Positions 22,283-24,000 of a stretch of DNA of 24,000 bases are shown here, piece by piece. This DNA is from Pseudomonas nitroreducens NBRC 12694. Its GTDB lineage: Bacteria > Pseudomonadota > Gammaproteobacteria > Pseudomonadales > Pseudomonadaceae. The position numbers were made by a program, and so were the translations under genes. The stretch covers positions 142,110 through 166,109 of the forward strand of contig NZ_BDAI01000005.1 in assembly GCF_002091755.1 (NCBI RefSeq). Direction: 5' to 3'. Every line of letters begins with the position of its first letter. The first letter of the stretch is position 1. The notes below the pieces were generated by a model. It searched no databases. It was given only the letters and a program-made list of their open reading frames with translations, and was not told the origin of the DNA.

Positions 22283-23293
22283 TCAGCGCTGCCCCACCTG
22301 CACGCTCTCCGCCTGGCGCACGTATTCCGCGCTGACGTAGGGCGAGTAGTCCTTGAGTACCGAAGGCACGCGCTTCTGCTCTTTCAGGAAGGCAGCGGTG
22401 CCAGCGATGTCCTTGGCGGTGCCACCACCCAGCAGCGCGGAAGACAGCTGCGCCTGGGACTCGGGGAAGGCCGAACCGGCCAGCAACTCGGGCACGTCCT
22501 TCGGATCGGCGCCGGTCAGCTTGGCGATCTTCTTCACCTGTTCGGAATCGGCGGTCCACTCGGCCTTGTGGGCGTTGTAGTCGGCGAAGGAGTCCAGGCT
22601 GACCTTGGCGAACTTGGCGATGACTTCCGGGTGCTTCTCGGCGAAGTCCTTGCGAGCGACCCAGACCTCGAAGGTCGGTGCGCCCCACTGGCCGACTTCG
22701 GCGGCGTCGGTCAGTACCTTGCCGGATTTCTTGATCTCGCCCAGGGCGGGCGACCAGACGAAGGCGCCATCGATGTCGCCACGGCGCCAGGCGGCGGCGA
22801 TCTCGGTGGGGTTGAGGTTGACGATCTTCACTTTGCCGGGGTCGATGTTCCAGTGCTTGAGCGCGCCCAGCAGGCTGTAGTGCGAGGTCGACACGAAGGG
22901 CGTGGCGATGGTCTTGCCGACCAGGTCCTCGGGCTTCTCGATCTTGCTGCCGTTGCGCACCACCAGGGCCTCGGCGGCGTTGATCTGCGCGGAGACGATG
23001 AAGGCGACGATCGGCAGGCCACGGGAAGTCGCGGCGGCCAGCGGGCTGGAGCCGAGGTTGCCCAGTTGCACGTCGCCCGAGGCAATGGCGGCGACCACTT
23101 CCGGGCCGCTGTTGAAGCGGCGCCAGTCGAGCTTCTCGCCGATGACTTTCTCGTAGGTACCGTCGGCCTGGGGCACCTTGGTCGGGTCGATGCCGGTCTG
23201 GTAGCCGAGGGTGATATCGGCCTGGGCGGCGCCAGCGACGCCGACCAGGGCAAGCGCGGCCAGCAGGCGGCGCGGGGCACTGATGTGTTTCAT
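22283..23293 (-). CDS. tauA: Taurine ABC transporter periplasmic substrate-binding protein
   Basis: 336 aa from ATG 23291-23293, with AGGAG upstream. The signal peptide is MKHISAPRRLLAALALVGVAGAAQA/DITLGYQ. It has the NMT1/SsuA/TauA-type body and is the first gene of the tauABCD order. Confidence 0.85.
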   Translation of the reverse strand: MKHISAPRRLLAALALVGVAGAAQADITLGYQTGIDPTKVPQADGTYEKVIGEKLDWRRFNSGPEVVAAIASGDVQLGNLGSSPLAAATSRGLPIVAFIVSAQINAAEALVVRNGSKIEKPEDLVGKTIATPFVSTSHYSLLGALKHWNIDPGKVKIVNLNPTEIAAAWRRGDIDGAFVWSPALGEIKKSGKVLTDAAEVGQWGAPTFEVWVARKDFAEKHPEVIAKFAKVSLDSFADYNAHKAEWTADSEQVKKIAKLTGADPKDVPELLAGSAFPESQAQLSSALLGGGTAKDIAGTAAFLKEQKRVPSVLKDYSPYVSAEYVRQAESVQVGQR

Positions 23294-23373
23294 GTGGAGC
23301 TCCTGGAAATGCGTACAAAGGCGGCCGGCCGGGCCGTGACGGGCCGCTCGGGAGAGCAGCGGGAAATAGGGGA

Positions 23374-24000
23374 TCAGTTGCTCGCCACGTCCGGCTGCCA
23401 CACCGGCACCGCGCGGGCATCGACAGGCTTGGGCAGCAGGCCTTCGGCGTAGAAGGCGTCGGCAATGCGTTGCTGCTCGTCGAGGCCGTCCTTGCGCACC
23501 GGCTGAACGTCATAGCTGCGGCGGGCATTGGCCTGTTCGACGGTGGCGACATCGAGGTTGCCCCACAGCGGGCCGAGCACCTTGGCGGCGTCGCTGGGGT
23601 GTTCCTTCACCCAGCGGCCGGTCTTCTGCAGTTCGGCGAAGACCTGCTTGAGCACTTCCGGGTGAGCCTTGGCGTACTCGGTGGACGCCAGGTAGTAGCG
23701 CTGGTAGCTGGCCAGGCCCTTGCCATCGACCAGCACGCGGGCGTTCTGCTGACGCTGGGCGCTGGCCACGTACGGGTCCCAGGTCACCCAGGCATCGACC
23801 TTGTGGTTCTCGAAGGCGGCACGGCCATCGGCGGGAGTGAGGTACGCCGGCTGGATGTCGGAGAACTTCAGCCCGGCCTTCTGCAGGGCGGCGATCAGCA
23901 GGTAGTGGCTGCCGGCGGCCTTGGTCACGGCCACACGCTTGCCTTTGAGATCGGCCAGGGAGTTGAGCGGCGAATCGTGCGGCACCAGGATCGACTGCGC
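23374..24000 (-). CDS. 3' part of a sulfonate/nitrate/taurine-type (SsuA/NMT1-like) ABC substrate-binding protein; the start is beyond the window
   Basis: The frame is open from the window edge to the stop at 23374. The sequence ...LADLKGKRVAVTKAAGSHYLLIAALQKAGLKFSDIQPAYLTPADGRAAFENHKVDAWVTWDPY... is typical of the SsuA-like family. Confidence 0.75.
   Translation of the reverse strand, partial: AQSILVPHDSPLNSLADLKGKRVAVTKAAGSHYLLIAALQKAGLKFSDIQPAYLTPADGRAAFENHKVDAWVTWDPYVASAQRQQNARVLVDGKGLASYQRYYLASTEYAKAHPEVLKQVFAELQKTGRWVKEHPSDAAKVLGPLWGNLDVATVEQANARRSYDVQPVRKDGLDEQQRIADAFYAEGLLPKPVDARAVPVWQPDVASN

Noticed and set aside
1797-23401. N-terminal extensions of track ORFs: 1797-3215, 8002-8337, 10994-11866, 11919-13175, 13144-14154, 15232-17280, 17338-19410, 20575-21423 and 22283-23401
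   Set aside because: In each case an internal ATG or GTG with a proper SD sequence starts exactly where the signal peptide or conserved family N terminus begins. The extension overlaps the upstream gene, a terminator or non-coding sequence. Several of the extended starts are TTG. I trimmed the coordinates accordingly.
15307-23552. Long alternative-frame ORFs across the BCCT, OPT and tau genes, e.g. 16036-17268(-), 17222-18580(-), 18607-19500(+), 19627-20490(+), 20525-21274(-), 21368-22195(+), 21996-23552(-) and 22211-23452(+)
   Set aside because: Same reasoning as the other shadow ORFs. Each overlaps a gene with an unambiguous family assignment. They have Arg/Pro/Gly/Ala-rich low-complexity products and span intergenic hairpins or REPs, which a real gene would not do.

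Overview
High-GC gammaproteobacterial chromosome, Pseudomonas-like. The evidence is G/C-rich third codon positions, three copies of a CGCGAGCAAGCTCGCTCCTACA-type REP element, and a cioAB ... tauABCD gene order that I recall, unverified, from the P. aeruginosa PAO1 PA3928-PA3938 region. I see no rRNA, tRNA, CRISPR array, transposase, integrase or phage gene, so this looks like core or accessory metabolic chromosome rather than a mobile island.

Genes from left to right:
- The 3' end of an unidentified gene.
- A tightly coupled five-gene minus-strand operon for a periplasmic molybdenum hydroxylase-type dehydrogenase: a Tat-signal large subunit, a [2Fe-2S] subunit and a triheme cytochrome c, plus XdhC-like and MocA-like cofactor maturation genes.
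- A divergent MFS transporter.
- The cyanide-insensitive bd-type oxidase genes cioA and cioB, followed by a 49-aa single-helix ORF.
- A MetQ/NlpA-like binding protein.
- A Cys/Met-family PLP enzyme co-transcribed with a stripped-down sigma-54-activator-like AAA+ protein.
- A small lipoprotein.
- An unusually long (~770 bp) structured non-coding gap containing a candidate 39-codon membrane-peptide ORF.
- A BCCT (BetT-like) transporter and a convergent OPT-family transporter.
- tauABCD, preceded by the 3' part of another sulfonate-type binding-protein gene.

I found no clear-cut novel system such as a defence island. The best candidates for something undescribed are:
- The domain-less, motif-degenerate AAA+ protein paired with the PLP C-S enzyme behind a strong terminator.
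- The structured 770-bp gap and small ORF upstream of the BCCT transporter.
- The orphan Mo/FeS/cytochrome c dehydrogenase, whose substrate is unknown.

Many long ORFs in the supplied track are antisense or off-frame shadows typical of high-GC DNA, and I rejected them.
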